Shown one piece after another: positions 1 to 13,929 of a stretch of DNA of 64,000 nt. The number at the start of each line of letters is the position of its first letter. Within the stretch, counting starts at the first letter, position 1. The DNA is from Mobula hypostoma (taxonomy: Eukaryota). Position numbers and translations under genes: made by a program. The notes beneath the pieces are model-generated. The model worked only from the letters and a program-made list of their open reading frames with translations, was not told the DNA's origin and ran no database searches. The stretch lies in NCBI RefSeq assembly GCF_963921235.1, contig NC_086097.1, positions 215,266,001-215,330,000 on the forward strand. The letters run 5' to 3'.

Positions 1-1719
1 GTAAGAGAAAGGAGGGGATATGAGGGTGATCCTCTTCCTCAGAGGAGAAGGATTGGAGGGGACTGAGGAAAACATTTTCTGCAGCACAGTCTGCAACGAT
101 GGTAGAATTGATGTCCTCGTCATATTTAAGCATATTTGGGTTGTACTTGAGGAGTTGTGACTTGCAGGGACACATGTATGGTGCTAGAAGGTGTGATTTG
201 ACTGGGAGCTCTTTCTTCAAACTGCAAAGGGGTAAGGGCTAACAAACTCATGTCATTAGTGTTCAGTCACCCTGTGGGTTGACCTCTGCTGTTCACATTG
301 CTGTCTATGACACGATAGATGCCCATGGGTTGCAGCTGCAGATGTGAATTACCAGAATCCATAATGGCCTTTCTTCCACTCCCCCCACAAGTTCCTTTGC
401 CACACTTCGTCAAGCAATCATACACCATTTGAAGGTTTCCCCAGTGACCCCCATCATTTCTCAGAGGATCTCAGGACTGAGTGGGTAGAGCACAGAGTGA
501 GGTCAGTACAGGCTCTGTGCTAAAGTAATCCAGCTAATGCCAAACCTCGTGCATAGTCCTGAAAATTCCTTCTTTTCAGATAGTAATCTGACTGTCTTTT
601 GAACACTACAATTTAAACAGCTAAACCACAATCACTGGTTTAGAGAGTCTGGAAAGTCGCAGCAGGCTAGATAGCACTCTGCTAATGCCTCAGATCTCTC
701 CATCTTTCTTGTCACAGAAGCCATCCAACTTTCTGATCTAATTTTCTTGAAGCCAGCACAGGTCAGGAGATGACAATAATGAAGAAGGAGCTATACGCAT
801 ACAGTATGTGCCTAAGACTGTTGCACAGTACTATAGGTGATGGCATGAAACATGAGCAGCTCACTAAACCTTGAGCTGATACATATAGAAGATTAATCAA
901 ATCCAGTGACCCCACCATGTTCTTGGCTACAGGAATGGGTTGTTCACTGATTCAACACTCTTGAGATTAAATAGCTGCACAGCGGACTTCATTGATCCTT
1001 CAAGCAAACAAATTGTTTTTCCATTTGCAGGTGAGTAGTTGGTTATTTTTGATTTATTTAACCAGGTCACTTCTGATGCCTAATCATTACTGGACATTTG
1101 AGTGTCAGGTGATATTCCTTAAGGTCAGTTTGAACGTTGAAGTGAATTGCCAATGGTCAACTTGTAGGAAATCCAGGGAGGTGTAGCTGAGAAATTGGGC
1201 ACCTTAGATCCTTTCTATTCACTCCAGTAAGTGATGGCCTCATATTTTTAGGATGACTTGCAGATTACTAGATATTGCATGCACATGCTGTAAATCTGTA
1301 AAGCTGGGAGCTGACGATTTGCTACCAGCGCACCAAACTAAGCTTTGTCATTAGGCTGCGTTGTGTTACGCAAATGTGGAGAATATATACATAGTGTTTA
1401 TCAGCAGGACAGTTTGGGGGATTTTCAATGATTTTCACATTTCTTGGAGTCATGTTGGTTGTGATAATAAAATTTCAGGCTACATCACACTCAGATAGTG
1501 ACACAGAAACAAATGAAAACAAAAAGTACAGGAAGCACTCGGAAGGTCAGACAGTACCTGTGGAAAGAAACTCAGAAAAAGCATTTTATGTTAGAGACCA
1601 TTTGGCAGAACTGGGAAAGGGAGATAAAATATCATATTTTTAAATTGCAGAGAAGATGGTGGGAGGGAGAGAAAGGACGAAGGGAGAATCTTTGCTGGGT
1701 AAGACCATGTCAAATGGAT

Positions 1720-1850
1720 TAAATCAGAAGGATTTCGGCCCAAAACGTAAAGTGTACTTTTTTCCATAGATGCTATCTGGCCTTTTGAGTTCCTCCAGCA
1801 CTTTGTGTGCGTTGCTGGGATTTCCAGCACCTGCAGAGTTTCTCTTGTTT
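1720..1850 (+). mobile_element. Short Penelope-derived repeat (degenerate pLTR unit)
   Basis: Resembles the pLTR at 48927-49060 (cggcccaaaacg...ccatagatgct...gagttcctccagcactttgtgtg...ccagcacctgcaga); the hammerhead core is decayed. Confidence 0.7.
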
Positions 1851-2321
1851 GTAAATGGGAACAATTAGAATCTTAGAACATAGAACACAGAACATTACAG
1901 CACAGTACAGGCCCTTCAACCCACAATGTTGCGCGGACCTTTTAACCTAATCCAAGATCAATCCAACCATTTGCTCCTACATAGCTCTATATCATTCAAG
2001 TGCCTATCTAGGAGTTTCTTAAGTGTCCCTAAGATATCTGCCTCTTCCATCTCCCCTGGCAGAGCATTCCACAAATGCACCGCTCTCTGTGTTAAAATCA
2101 TAACCTCTAGCATCTCTCTTATACTTTCCACCAATCACCTTAAAATGATGTCCCCTCATATTAGCCATTTCCACCCTGAGAAAAAACTCTCTAACTATCC
2201 ACTTGATCTATGCCTCTTATCACCTCATACTCTTCTATCAAGTCACCGCTCATCCTCTTTTGCTCCAAAGAGAAAAGCCCTATCTCACTCAACCAATGCT
2301 CTTTAATCCAGGCAGCATACC

Positions 2322-2610
2322 AGTGCCACAGTAGTATAGTGGTCAGCACGGCACTATACAACTCATGGCATTAGAATTCAGAGTTCAATTCCGCCATCAT
2401 CTTTCGGGAGCCTGTACGCCCTTCCCGAGGAATGCTTACATGCTTTTCTAAAGGTCGTCTGGATTCCTCCCACAAAAACATGCCGGTTAGTAGGTTAATT
2501 GGTCATTACAAATTGCCCTGTGATTAGACTAGGGTTAAATCAGGGGCTGCTGGGTTGTGTGGCTGGAAAGGTCTATTCTACACTGCATCCCTAAATTAAA
2601 TTTTAAAAAT
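2322..2610 (+). mobile_element. tRNA-derived SINE (V-SINE/HE1-like)
   Basis: A-box-like tagtatagtgg, B-box-like gagttcaattcc, conserved core ggttaattggtcatt..aaattg.cc.gtgattag, A-rich tail. Confidence 0.75.
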
Positions 2611-2718
2611 AAATCTCCTCTGCACCCTCTCTTAAGCTTCCACATCTTTCCTGTAATGAGGCGACCAGAACTGAGCACAGTCATCCAACTCTGATCTGAC
2701 CAGGGTTTTATAGAACTG

Positions 2719-3000
2719 CGGCACGGTAGTGTAGTGGTTAGCACAACGCTTTACATTACCAGTGACCTGGGTTCAATTCCCACCGCTGCCTGTAAGGAGT
2801 TGGTACGTTCTCCCCGTGACCACATGGGTTTCTCCTGGGTGCCCTCCCACAGTCCAAAGACATACCAGTTGGTAAGTTAATTGGTCATTGTAAGTTGTCC
2901 AGTGATTAGGCGTGGCTAAATCAGGGGTCGCGGGCTGTGCGGGTCAAAGGGCAAGTAGGGCCTATTCCATGCTATACCTCAATAATTAAAATAAATAAGT
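2719..3000 (+). mobile_element. tRNA-derived SINE (V-SINE/HE1-like)
   Basis: ggcacggtagtgtagtggttagcac head, ggttcaattcc B box, core shared with the 7437 copy, (aaat)n-like tail. Confidence 0.85.
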
Positions 3001-6000
3001 ATTACCTCACAGCTCTTGCATCCCCTGACCAATGAAGGCCAATATACCATACACCTTCTTGACAACCCTTTCAGCCTGTGTGTCAAGTTGAAAGATCTAT
3101 GGACATGGATCCTGTACTCCACCTTCAAATTCGACCTTCCAAAGTGAATTTCCATGTTGAACACCATCTACCGCTTTTCAGCCTAGCTCTGCATCACGTC
3201 ATGGTCCTGTTGTCAGCCATGGCAACCTTCTACACTATCCACAACTCCACCAACCTTCTCTACTCGTGTCAACAAACAACATAATGGAGGAACGCAGCAT
3301 CAGGAGGAAATAAGCAATTGAAACCTTGCATCAGGACTGAGAATGGCCAGCGTAAAGAGGAGTAGGAGAGCGGCAAGAAAGTACCCCAAGGTCTTGTCTT
3401 ACATTAGCAGATGCTCTTTCCTACATTATAACAGTTAAGCTTGTAAAGTACTTGATTGGTTGTAATGTGCTTTGGAAGATCCTGAGGTCATAAACCATAC
3501 TATATAAATGTAATTTTACATTTCATTTAAAATATGTGTTAGATTCCATCCTGGGCATATCAGATGCATTGTGGGCTGTATTAGTACAGTTTCCCCAGCT
3601 CTCAATATACAAATTATTTTACTGAGCAGTGTCAATGTCACAATTTCCTGGGGTGCAGAGGCCCCACGTCACTTTACTTCATAACACAGTCTTCAAATGT
3701 TCAGGTGCCAACGATCTCGTTTGTTATGACATTTCCTGATGCTCGATGAATGTTAATGGTTTTGACACTCGCGTCAAAGCCCAATACGGCTCCTCTTTCA
3801 CTACTTAGAGATGAAGCTAACCACTAAACTATTTAACATGGCTTATTTAATTGCCATTTTTGGACAACAATAATGATAGAGGTGTAAGGCTTTGTTCTTC
3901 AACTAGAAATAAATTTTCTTTTTCTATAGTTATTGGTGCAATGGATCATTTTTAGCACCATTTAATATATTTGGATTGTTGTCATTCAGAATTAAGCTTT
4001 TTTTAATTCTTGTTCTCAATGTTAATTATGATGATAAAGCCTATTACTCTTGGAAAGTCCTCCTATTCCCCTTTTATATCAGTTCAGCTCTTGTCACACA
4101 AGCTCCGGATTTCTAATAGTAATTAATGTCTGCCTGCCAACTAAATCAGCAATGGTTTCAAAATGAACCTTTCTTTGTATCTTTTGATGTTGAGACTCTG
4201 TTTCAAGGGTAGTAATTATATTGTCTGAGCTTTGAATTCCACATTTTCAACCCTCTTCTACGCAGTAATTTATTGACAAATCTACTCCATTTATTTCTGA
4301 CAAGCTAATGGCAGGACTATACAGAGACTGTAATTTTTTTTGGTCTATTGATATGTGGCTAGAAGGTAGTATGCTTTACTTAAAAATAATTCCCTAATGA
4401 CCACTACTATTAGATCATGAGCCAGTGCAACCGAATTTTAGCGCAGTAAAGAAAGCAGGATTTAAGTTGCAATGTCTGAAGGTTTATTTTAATGAAATGA
4501 GAATACAAGAGATTGGTGTAATCAAAACAGTTGGCCAGACTCCGTATGGTGAAGAACAGTCGTGGGATTGGTTTTATTCTGTAGAATCTTGGACAAAGAA
4601 CTCACAGAGTAAAAACCCTTAAACAATTGTCTAATTTAATTGAAGAAAAGTGTTAAAGAGATTTAACTAAAAATTCATTTGCCCCTAAATACCAGTGCTA
4701 AAATGATGGCAAAGGATTGTAATAATTGATTACACCAGTAACATAACCGCAATTGAATTTTGTGTGGCTGCCAGCACTTTGCCACACAGCTGCAACCTTT
4801 GTACTACAGTCATTGAATGGACCAACACAGAGCATAGGCAACACTCGCATGGCCAGGGAGCCAGCTGGAGCAACACCCAGGGTCTCCTGGCTGACAGTGG
4901 CAGCCACTTCCTCCAGGAGGAAGATGCTATACTCTGAAGGATAGAAGAATTGTATCCTCACGAGATTGTTATGAGGAGAGTTCTAGACCCTGTATTTGTT
5001 ACTGAGCTATGATCCCTTGAGCTACAAGACAAGATACTATTTTTGTTTCTCTTGCTGACTCAGAACACATTTATTGAAGCAATTGTTTGTAAGCCTCTTT
5101 GCATTTTGATATATACTTAATGAGGGTAGCTGCCACAGAAGGTCAATAAGCCCAGGCCAATGTAAACCTTACCCATGTTATTTCAAACATCCATTAGTAA
5201 CAGGACACTAGACAAGTAACATTCATCTTTGTTTTGGGTTATTATTAGATGCCTGATATTGTGGTATTTTTCTCCATTCTCACTAGTGCTGAGAAAAATT
5301 TTGTAATTTTAAACACGTCTTTAAGTAGCTTGTTCCTGGGAGAATCAATGGAAGAGCATGGAAGAATGGTATGGAGCCTTTGTAAACTGTTGCAATAAGC
5401 TTCTTCTCAAGTACAAGCAACTGGCTGTTCTAGCCTATGAAACCAGTGCACTGTCTGTCTTGAGTTTCCGTATTCCATGAGATGGTTCCTGATAGCACAC
5501 CCACATATCATCTCCCTGCTGCTCACTTGCCATTCTTACCTCCATTTGGTCCCAGCTAAGGAAACTTCTCATGTTGGTCTTCAATCTCCTTCCTACTCAT
5601 TTTCCTCTTCCTTCTTTGCTTCCTGCTTCTCCATATTCTGCCGGCAGCCCAGAGGCAGAGGGTTTCCTTGCCTGTTTGCTAAGCTTTGCAGTGAGCAGCA
5701 GTTTTGCCTCTCCTCAGTAATTTTCCGGAGGCACTGGGAAAGAGAAGCAGTAGAAAATGGGATCGATAACAATCTTATTGACATTAATAAGCATCCGTTT
5801 TCATGATGAACATCCCTATGTTAAAGGGCACATTGAAATACTGGTTAAATGATAGAATTTGTTGGGAACAAGATGGGTTTGAAGATGGGAAGCACATCCA
5901 CTGTAATGCTGTCACAATTGGAGCAACATGTTTCTCAAATGCAAACATCATCTACAGGCAGCAGGCAACAATCATACTTGTTTAGATTGGCTCCATAGGC

Positions 6001-7436
6001 CCTCAAGCAGGCCATGCAGAAGATGAGGAGGAGGTGATTCTCAGGGGAGGGCAGCTGAGGGATGGCAGCTGTCCCCATACGTACTGTGGAACCCTTCAGA
6101 CCATACCAGTCAACTATACAAGATATCAATACTAACTTCCCCACACCCTCCGGCTGTCCCTGTAAAATCTGCAGCTGAAGCCACTCAAAGCTGAGAAGAA
6201 AGAATTGGAACTGATGAAGGATGTGCTCCATCTGCTCCCTGTTCCATTTCCTTTTAAAGGTTTACAGAAGGCACGGGTCCATTTTCTGAAAAACTAGGTC
6301 ACGTGGGTACCCAGATGATTAAAGGTCACTCGATTCAACGTCAATTCTGCCACATGTGATCATATAAAACATGAGCAGGATATTTTGCACGTAGTCTTTT
6401 GAACCTTCTCCACCAAACAATATGATCATGTTGGTCTGATCATGGCCTCTAAAATCCACTTTCCTACCTGCTCGCCATTATCCTTAACCGTGCCATAGTA
6501 TTAACATCTGTCCAAAATTATTAAATGATTTATTCTCTGCAGCTGTCTTGGGTTAAGAATTTCATTGATTCATGATCCCATGAGAGAAGAAACTTTTCCT
6601 CATCTCCATCTTAAGAGGTGCCAGAAATGGCAATCTGATATTGGGCTCCAATTTTCATCTTTGAAGAATGGTTTCTCCAGGGGAGGACTGAAAGAACTGA
6701 ACTCATCTGCTGACTTCAATTGATGCAGCAGAGGGCGTGCTTTCCATAAGCGAACTGGGCTATTCATGACATCTCCCATGTCTGCTGAGCAATAAGAATG
6801 CTATCACAGTCACACCAATAAACATATTACTGTTACCTAGGGACACAATGGCAAATTTTCTGACAACAAAATCTATGGCAATTCATGGTAATTGTTTTTC
6901 AGGCAAAGTATTTGAAAAGAGCTCAAAATTGCAGAGTTCATTTGAGATAACTGTGCTCGGGACTTGTCCATGATGTTTAACAGGATCACCAGCTGACACC
7001 AGGCTGCATTTTCTGTGATCTGAAGCTGTTGATATTTTTTTTACAAGCTCCATTTCTCATTCTAATTGTGACAGAGAGACAGCCTAAATACCATAATAAC
7101 CATGTCCCTTTGCGCTGTGGAGCTGGAGCAGCGGGAAGAGAGTAATGATCAGCGGTGGAGTTCATACTGAAAAGATAAACCTGTATCAGAACCACTGTCA
7201 CTGATTTGGAATGCTTAGCCTTATTCCTTTTGCCGTAACAAATTATGTGACTCTGTGGCCATCGTCTGTGCATTAATAGCATTGTAACTTCTGACAGGTT
7301 CTGATACATTACTCAAGTTTAAGTGTATACTAATAAAATACTCTAATGTTTATGGACGAATGTGAGGGAGTTGGTGACAAGAGTGATATTAGCCAGGTGC
7401 TCCGCCACTTTAAGAATCGGAGATTGCTGCCCTGCA

Positions 7437-7728
7437 GGGCAGCAGGGTAGTGTAGTGGTTAGCACAATGTTTTACAGTACCAGCAACATGGGTTCAATTC
7501 CTGCTGCTGTCTGTAAGGAGCTTGTACGTTCTCCCCGTGACCACGTGGGTTTCCTCCAGGTGTTCTGGTTTCCTCCCACAGTCCAAAGACGTACTGGTTC
7601 ATGGGTTAGTTGGTCTTAGTCAAATGTCCCGTGATTAGGCTAGGGTAAAATTGGGGTTGCCGGGTGGTGCGGTTCAAAGGGCTGAAAGCTCCTACCTCGC
7701 ACCGTATCTCAATAAATAAATAAATAGA
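7437..7728 (+). mobile_element. tRNA-derived SINE (V-SINE/HE1-like)
   Basis: Highly similar to 2719-3000; A and B boxes; aataaataaataaata tail. Confidence 0.85.
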
Positions 7729-8396
7729 TACGCACTTTGTATTTTGCCAAGTGTGAGATTGTGAGGAGCAACCAGTTGTGGTTAAGCATTTGCCGGGCAT
7801 CACATTAAGCTGGGCAGAGCAACCCTGATAAAGAGCGTGAAAAGATCCCACTGTGGCCAATTATCAGGGTTCATTCAGGGTGAAGGGAGCACAAGATCGC
7901 ACACGTTTCTGAAATGGAATACTGAAGTGTCGTGATAAAACTGTGCAAGCTGCAATCGGAAACCAAAACAGGAATGTTGGAAGATCTCAGCCAGTCAAAC
8001 AGCAACTGTAGAAAGAGAAACCAGTCAAATTAACAGGTTGGTGACTCTTCCTTCGAATTTGGGAAGAGTAGAGTCACTGATTTGATACATTGACTGGTTT
8101 CTCTTTCCATAGATGTTTGACTGGCAGTGTTCCTCCAGCATTTTTAGCAACCTAGACCCTAACGGTGTGGTTTTCTTTATCAAGAATCTCAATGAAAATA
8201 ATTGCTTGCGTACGGACAGCAAGTTCTGTTTTGACTGCTATAAAAAGATAAGTCACATGCCACAGGGTATACTTTGTAGAGAAAGGTCACAGAGGCAATT
8301 GCGACATAAATGGCTTCACTGTTTAGCTGTAAAATACATAAAGTTTAAAACCAAAAAAGAAAGAAAAGATGTTGTTTTCATTTCAATCCCGATTAA

Positions 8397-8710
8397 CACA
8401 CACTAAATGCTGGAGGAACTCAGCAGGTCAGGCAGCCACAAATGGACCAGTTCATTTCTCAAATGCAAGGATCATCCACAGGCACCTGGCAGCAAACCCT
8501 ATTCCCTTCCTTTCCAGCACTGATGAAGGGTCTCGGCCCGAAACGTTGACTGTTTATTCCTCTCCATCAGGATTTCCAAAGCTGGGGTCCATGGACCCTT
8601 CAGTTAATGCTGGGAATAATGCTTTTATTCCAACCATGGCATAAAAGGTTGGAAACCCCTACTCTCCATAGATGCTGCCTGGCCCAGTGAATCCCTCCAG
8701 CATTTTGCGT
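8397..8710 (+). mobile_element. Penelope-derived short repeat with inverted arms and a hammerhead core
   Basis: aatgctggaggaactcagcagg ... ccctccagcattttg inverted arms flank CTGATGAagggtctcggcccGAAACGTT (8520-8547). Confidence 0.75.
8568..8661. mobile_element. hAT-type MITE
   Basis: Terminal inverted repeats caggatttccaa / ttggaaacccct(a); 8-bp TSD ctctccat at 8560-8567 and 8662-8669. Confidence 0.75.
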
Positions 8711-9096
8711 AAACAAATATCCTTTTCGTAAGTTTGTTCTTTGTTATGTCCCCAGGAATCACCAGAATAACACTCTTAGATTTAAATTATACAAAAGCAG
8801 CCTGGTTGTCCGCTGATTCTGATGGTGGTGCAGTATTTCACTCATTTCACCTTCACACGTATATGTGCGTCTGCACCAATATTCGCATCCCACCTCCATT
8901 CTGTTTAGTACCATTCAAAATGGTTGATGGCAACTTCACTTTTGATGGTAATTTTTGACTGTTATGAATAAGCACCAACTAATACCAAGGGTATTACTTG
9001 AAAACAAGGTAAATGTGTAAAAAAACTTATTTCTGTGTTTTATAACCCAGAGTACCTTACTCTCTGCACAGAGGCAAAGAATACGATATAATGTAA

Positions 9097-9240
9097 GCGA
9101 GACCCTTCGTCAGGACAGGGTCTTGGCCCAAAACATCGACTGTACCTCTTCCTAGAGATGCTGCCTGGCCTGCTGTGATCACCAGCAACTTTTATGTGTG
9201 TTGCTTAGAATTCCAGCATCTGCAGATTTCCTCGTGTCTG
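9097..9240 (+). mobile_element. Penelope-derived short repeat
   Basis: Near-identical to pLTR 48940-49055, preceded by a short inverted piece gagacccttcgtcagg. Confidence 0.75.
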
Positions 9241-9309
9241 CGATATAATGTAAAACTGGACTGAAGGGGTATTAGGAAATGAAGCATAAAAAGGATGTGT
9301 TGAATTTAA

Positions 9310-9645
9310 TTGAATCGAATTAACTTTATTACTTACATCCTTCACATACATGAGGAGTAAAAACCTTTATGTTATGTCTCCGTCTAAATGTGCAATGTGC
9401 AATTTATAGTAATTAGTAATAAATTGCACGTACAACAGGACAGTCAACATAGCATAGAAATACAATTGTATCAGCATGAGTTAATCAGTCCGATGACCTG
9501 GTGGAAGAAGCTGTCCCGGAGCCTGTTGGTCCTGGCTTTTATGCTGCGGTACCATTTCCCAGATGGTAGCAGCTGGAACAGTTTGTGGTTGGGGTGACTG
9601 GGGTCCCGAATGAACCTGCGGGCCCTTTTTACACACCTGTCTCTG
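9310..9645 (-). mobile_element. Rex1/Babar-type LINE 3' fragment
   Basis: Minus-strand ...QDQQAPGQLLPP region corresponds to the Rex RT C-terminus; aataaa and short-repeat tail. Confidence 0.6.
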
Positions 9646-9687
9646 CATTGAAATTAGATTGGTAAAGCACTCAATAATGTTGCTCAT

Positions 9688-12600
9688 GGTAACCATATAA
9701 CCATATAACAATTACAGCACGGAAACAGGCCATCTCGGCCCTTCTAGTCCTTGCCGAACTCTTACTCTCACCTAGTCCCACCGACCTGCACTCAGCCCAT
9801 AACCCTCCATTCCTTTCCTGTCCATATAGCTGTCCAGTTTAACTGTAAGCAACAACATCAAACCTGCCTCAACCACTTCTGCTGGAAGCTCGTTCCACAC
9901 AGCTACCACTCTCTCTGAGTAAAGAAGTTCCCCCTCATGTCACCCCTAAAGTTTTGCCCCCTAACTCTCAACTCATGTCCTCTTGTTTGAATCTCGCCCA
10001 CTCTCAATGGAAAGAGCCTATCCACGTCAACTCTATCTATCCCCCCATAATTTTAAATACCTCTATCAAGTCCCCCCTCTACCTTCTACGTTTCAGAGAA
10101 TAAAGACCCAGCTTGTTCAACCTTTCTCTGTAACTCAGGTGATGAAACCCAGGTAACATTCTAGTAAATCTTCTCTGTACTCTCTCAATTTTGTTGACAT
10201 CTTTCCTATAATTCGGTGACCAAAACTGTACACAATACTCCAAATTTGGCCTCACCAATGCCTTGTACAATTTCAACATTACATCCCAACTCCTATACTC
10301 AATTGTCTGATTTATTGCCAGCATACCAAAAGCTTTCTTCACCACCCTATCCACATGAGATTCCACCTTCAGGGAACTATGCACCATTATTCCTAGATCC
10401 CTCTGTTCTACTGCATTTTTCAATGCCCTACCATTTACCATGTAAGTCCTATTTTGTTTAGTCCTACCAAAATATAGCACCTCACTTTTATCAGCATTAA
10501 TCTCCATCTGCCATCTTTCAGCCCACTCTTCTAACTGGCCTAAATCTCTCTGCAAGCTTTGAAAACCTACTTCATTATCCACAACTCCACCTCTCTTAGT
10601 ATCATCTGCATACTTACTCATCCAATTTACCACCCCATTATTCAGATCATTAATGTGTATGACAAACAACATTGGACCCAGTACAGATCCCTGAGGCACA
10701 CCACTAGTCACCGGCCTCCAATCTGACAAATAGTTATCCACCAACACTCTCTGGCGTCTCCCATCCAGCCACTGCTGAATCCAATTTACTATTTCAATAT
10801 TAATACCTAACGATTAAACCTTACGAACCAATCTTCCGTGTGGGACCTTGTCAAAGGCCTTACTGAAGTCCATATAGACAACATCCACCGCTTTACCCTC
10901 GCCAACTTTCCTAGTAACCTCTTCAAAAAATTCAATAAGATTTGTGAAACATGACCTTCCACGCACAAATAAATCCATGTTGACTGTTCCTAATCAGTCC
11001 CTGTCTATCCAGATAATTATATATACCATCTCTAAGAATTCTTCCCATTAATTTACCCACCACTGACGTCAAACTCACAGGCTGATAATTGCTAGGTTTA
11101 CTCTTGGAACCCTTTTTAAACAATGGAACAACATGAGCAATACGCCAATCCTCCGGCACCATACCCATTTCTAATGACATTTGAAATATTTCTGTTCAAG
11201 CCCCTGCTATTTCCACACTAACTTCCCTCAACGTCCTAGGGACTATCCTGTCAGGACCCGGAGACTTATTCACTTTTATATTCCTTAAAAGCTCCAGCAC
11301 TTCCTCTTCTTTAATCATCATAGTTTCCATAACTTCCCTACCTGTTTCCCTTATCTTACACAATTCAATATCCTTCTCCTTAGTGAATACCGAAGAAAAG
11401 AAATTGTTCAGAATCTCCCCCATCTCTTTCGGCTCCTCACATAGCTGTCCACTCTGATTCTCTAAGGGACCAATTTTATCCCTCACTATCCTTTTGCTAT
11501 TAAGATAATGGTAGAAACCCTTTGGATTTATTTTCACCTTACTTGCTAAAGCTACCTCGTATCCTCTTTAAGCTTTTCTAATTTCTTTCTGAAGATTCTT
11601 TTTACATCCTTTATATTCCTCGAGCACCTCATTTACTCCATGCTGCTTATATTTATTGTAGATATCTCTCTTTTTCCGAACCAAGTTTCCAATATCCTTT
11701 GAAAACCATGGCTCTCTCAAACTTTTTAACCTTTCCTTTCAACCTAACAGGAACATAAAGATTCTGTACTTTCAAAATTTCACCTTTAAATGACTTCCAT
11801 TTCTCTATTACATTCTTCCCATAAAACAAATTGTCCCAATCCACTCCTCCTAAATCCTTTTGCATTTCCTCAAAGTTAGCCTTTTTCCAATCAAAAATCT
11901 CAACACTGGGTCCAGCCCTATCCTTCTCCATAATTATATTGAAACTAATAGCATTGTGATTACTGGACCCGAAGTGCTCCCCAACACAAACCTCCGTCAC
12001 CTGACCGATCTCATTCCCTAACAGGAGATCCAACACTGCCCCTTCTCTCATTGGTACCTCTATGTATTGCTGCAAAAAACTATCCTGCACACATTTTACA
12101 AACTCCAAGCTATCCAGTCCTTTTACAGTTTGGGCTTCCCAGTCTATGCGTGGAAAATTAAAATCTCCCACCATCACAACTTTGTGCTTACTACAAATAT
12201 CTGCTATCTCCTTACAAATTTGCTCCTCCAATTCTTGCTCCCCATTTGGTGGTCTATAATACACCCCCATAAGTGTTACTACACCTTTCCCATTCCTCAA
12301 TTCCACCCAAATAGCCTCCCTAGATGAGCCCTCTAATCTATCCTGCCAGAACACCGCTGTAATATTTTCTCTGACAAGCAATGCAACACTTCCCCCTCTT
12401 ATCCCTCCGATTCTATCACACCTGAAGCAATTAAATCCAGGAATATTTAGTTGCCAATCACACCCCTCCTGTAACCATGTTTCACTAATAGCTACCACAT
12501 CATACTTCCAGGTATCAATCCATGCTTTAAGCTCATCCACCTTTCTTACAATGCTCCTAGCATTAAAATAGATACATTTAAGAAATTTTCCACCTGTTAC

Positions 12601-13880
12601 TCTCTGTTTATCACTAACGGTGCAAACAACTTTACTATTTTCTTTTTCTTCCTTCTTTCCTATATCTGCTCCTACAGTCTGGTTCCCCTCCCCCCTCGTA
12701 TCTAATTTAAATCCACCGGAGCCTCTCTAGCAAACCTACCTGCAAGAGCATTTGACCCCCTCCAGTTCAGATGTAGACCGTCCCGTCAGAACAGGTCCCA
12801 CCTTCCCTGGAAAACTGTCCAATTATCTATAAACCTGAAGCCCTCCGTCCTGCACCAAGCCTTCAGCCACGTGTTGATCTGCGCTGTTTTACTATTTCTA
12901 AACCCGCCTGCACGTGGCACTGGTAGCAATCCTGAGATTGCTATCCTGGAGGTCCTGTCCTTTAACTTGGCGCCTAACTCCCTAAACTTACCTTTCAGGA
13001 CCTCCTCACTCTTCCTACCCACGTTATTGATCCCTACATGGACCACGATATCCAGCTGCTCACCCTCCCTCTTGAGAATTCCGAGAACTCGATCCGAGAT
13101 ATCACGGACCTTGGCACCAGGGAGGCAACAGACCATCCGGGATTCTCGATCTCTTCCACAGAACCTCTTATCTGTCCCCCTAACTATCAAGTCCCCTATC
13201 ACTACTGCTCTCCTCTTTTCCCTCCTTCCCTTCTGAGCTGAGGGTCCAGTCTCGAGGCCAGAGACGCAATCACTGCAACTTGTCCTTGGTAGGTTGTCTC
13301 CATCAACAGTATCCAAAATGATGTACTTATTATTGATGGGAACGGCCACAGGGGTGCTCTGCTCATTCTGTCTATTCCCCTTCCCTCTCCTGACAGTCAG
13401 CCAGCTACCTGTCTCCTGACTCTTAGGGGTGACTATCTCCCTGTAACTCCTCTCTATTTCTGCCTCTGCCTCCTGAATGATCCGAAGTTCATCCAGCTCC
13501 AGCTCCAGTTCCCTAACTTGGTTTGTCAGGAGCTGCAGCTGGATGCACCTTTGCAGGTGTAGTCATCAGGGACGATTGTGCTTGCCCTGACTTCCCCATC
13601 CTGCAAACAGAGCACTCCACTGCCCTAACTGCTGCCTCCATTACCTACTCCTAAGGTAATTAGATTTATTAAAGGAACTTACCTGGCCTTACCTCACTTG
13701 GAGTGTAGCTCTTCCTCACCCTCTGCTCGCCGAAGCCTCAGGAGCCAAAGCCTTCCTACTCTGTATCCCTCTACTCCGTCACCCGCTACAATGTTACCGG
13801 CTCCGTTAATCTGCTCTCTTTTAAATACTCCCGCTGCCTCATGGTCCAAATTACACACGCTTGCGCAGTCGTGGCCCATT
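9688..13880 (-). mobile_element. Near full-length CR1-type LINE (ORF1 esterase; ORF2 APE-RT), disrupted
   Basis: ORF1 12786-13349 SGNH motifs (VVIGDLIVRG, VVHVGINN). ORF2 pieces: APE 11653-12540 (ISETW, VYYRPP, GDFN, SSNHN), 11196-11537 (KSPGPD), 10932-11180 (NYQPVSLTS), RT 10079-10747 (GVPQGSVLGP, YADD). accatata tandem tail at the 3' end. Confidence 0.95.
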
Positions 13881-13929
13881 CAACTGGTGAAGAAAACTGA
13901 TCTGGCAGACTGATCTGGAAGATTAAAGC

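Larger units (their letters stand above)
1870..3255 (-). mobile_element. CR1-type LINE 3' fragment, interrupted by two SINEs
   Basis: agaacatagaacacagaaca tail and CR1 3'/RT-like sequence shared with other copies in the window (15570, 61745). Confidence 0.7.

Noticed and set aside
1478..1545. Possible plus-strand exons here and at 18411-18536
   Set aside because: Splice-like ends, but a weak donor in the first and stops in all frames in the second; no recognisable product.
2719..2790. tRNA-like sequences (also at 2322, 7437, 41500, 55631)
   Set aside because: They are SINE heads continuing into a shared SINE body; no complete cloverleaf.
5400..6800. Short ORFs in mildly GC-richer unique sequence
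   Set aside because: No recognisable domain or exon structure; possibly an ancient transposon relic that I cannot assign.
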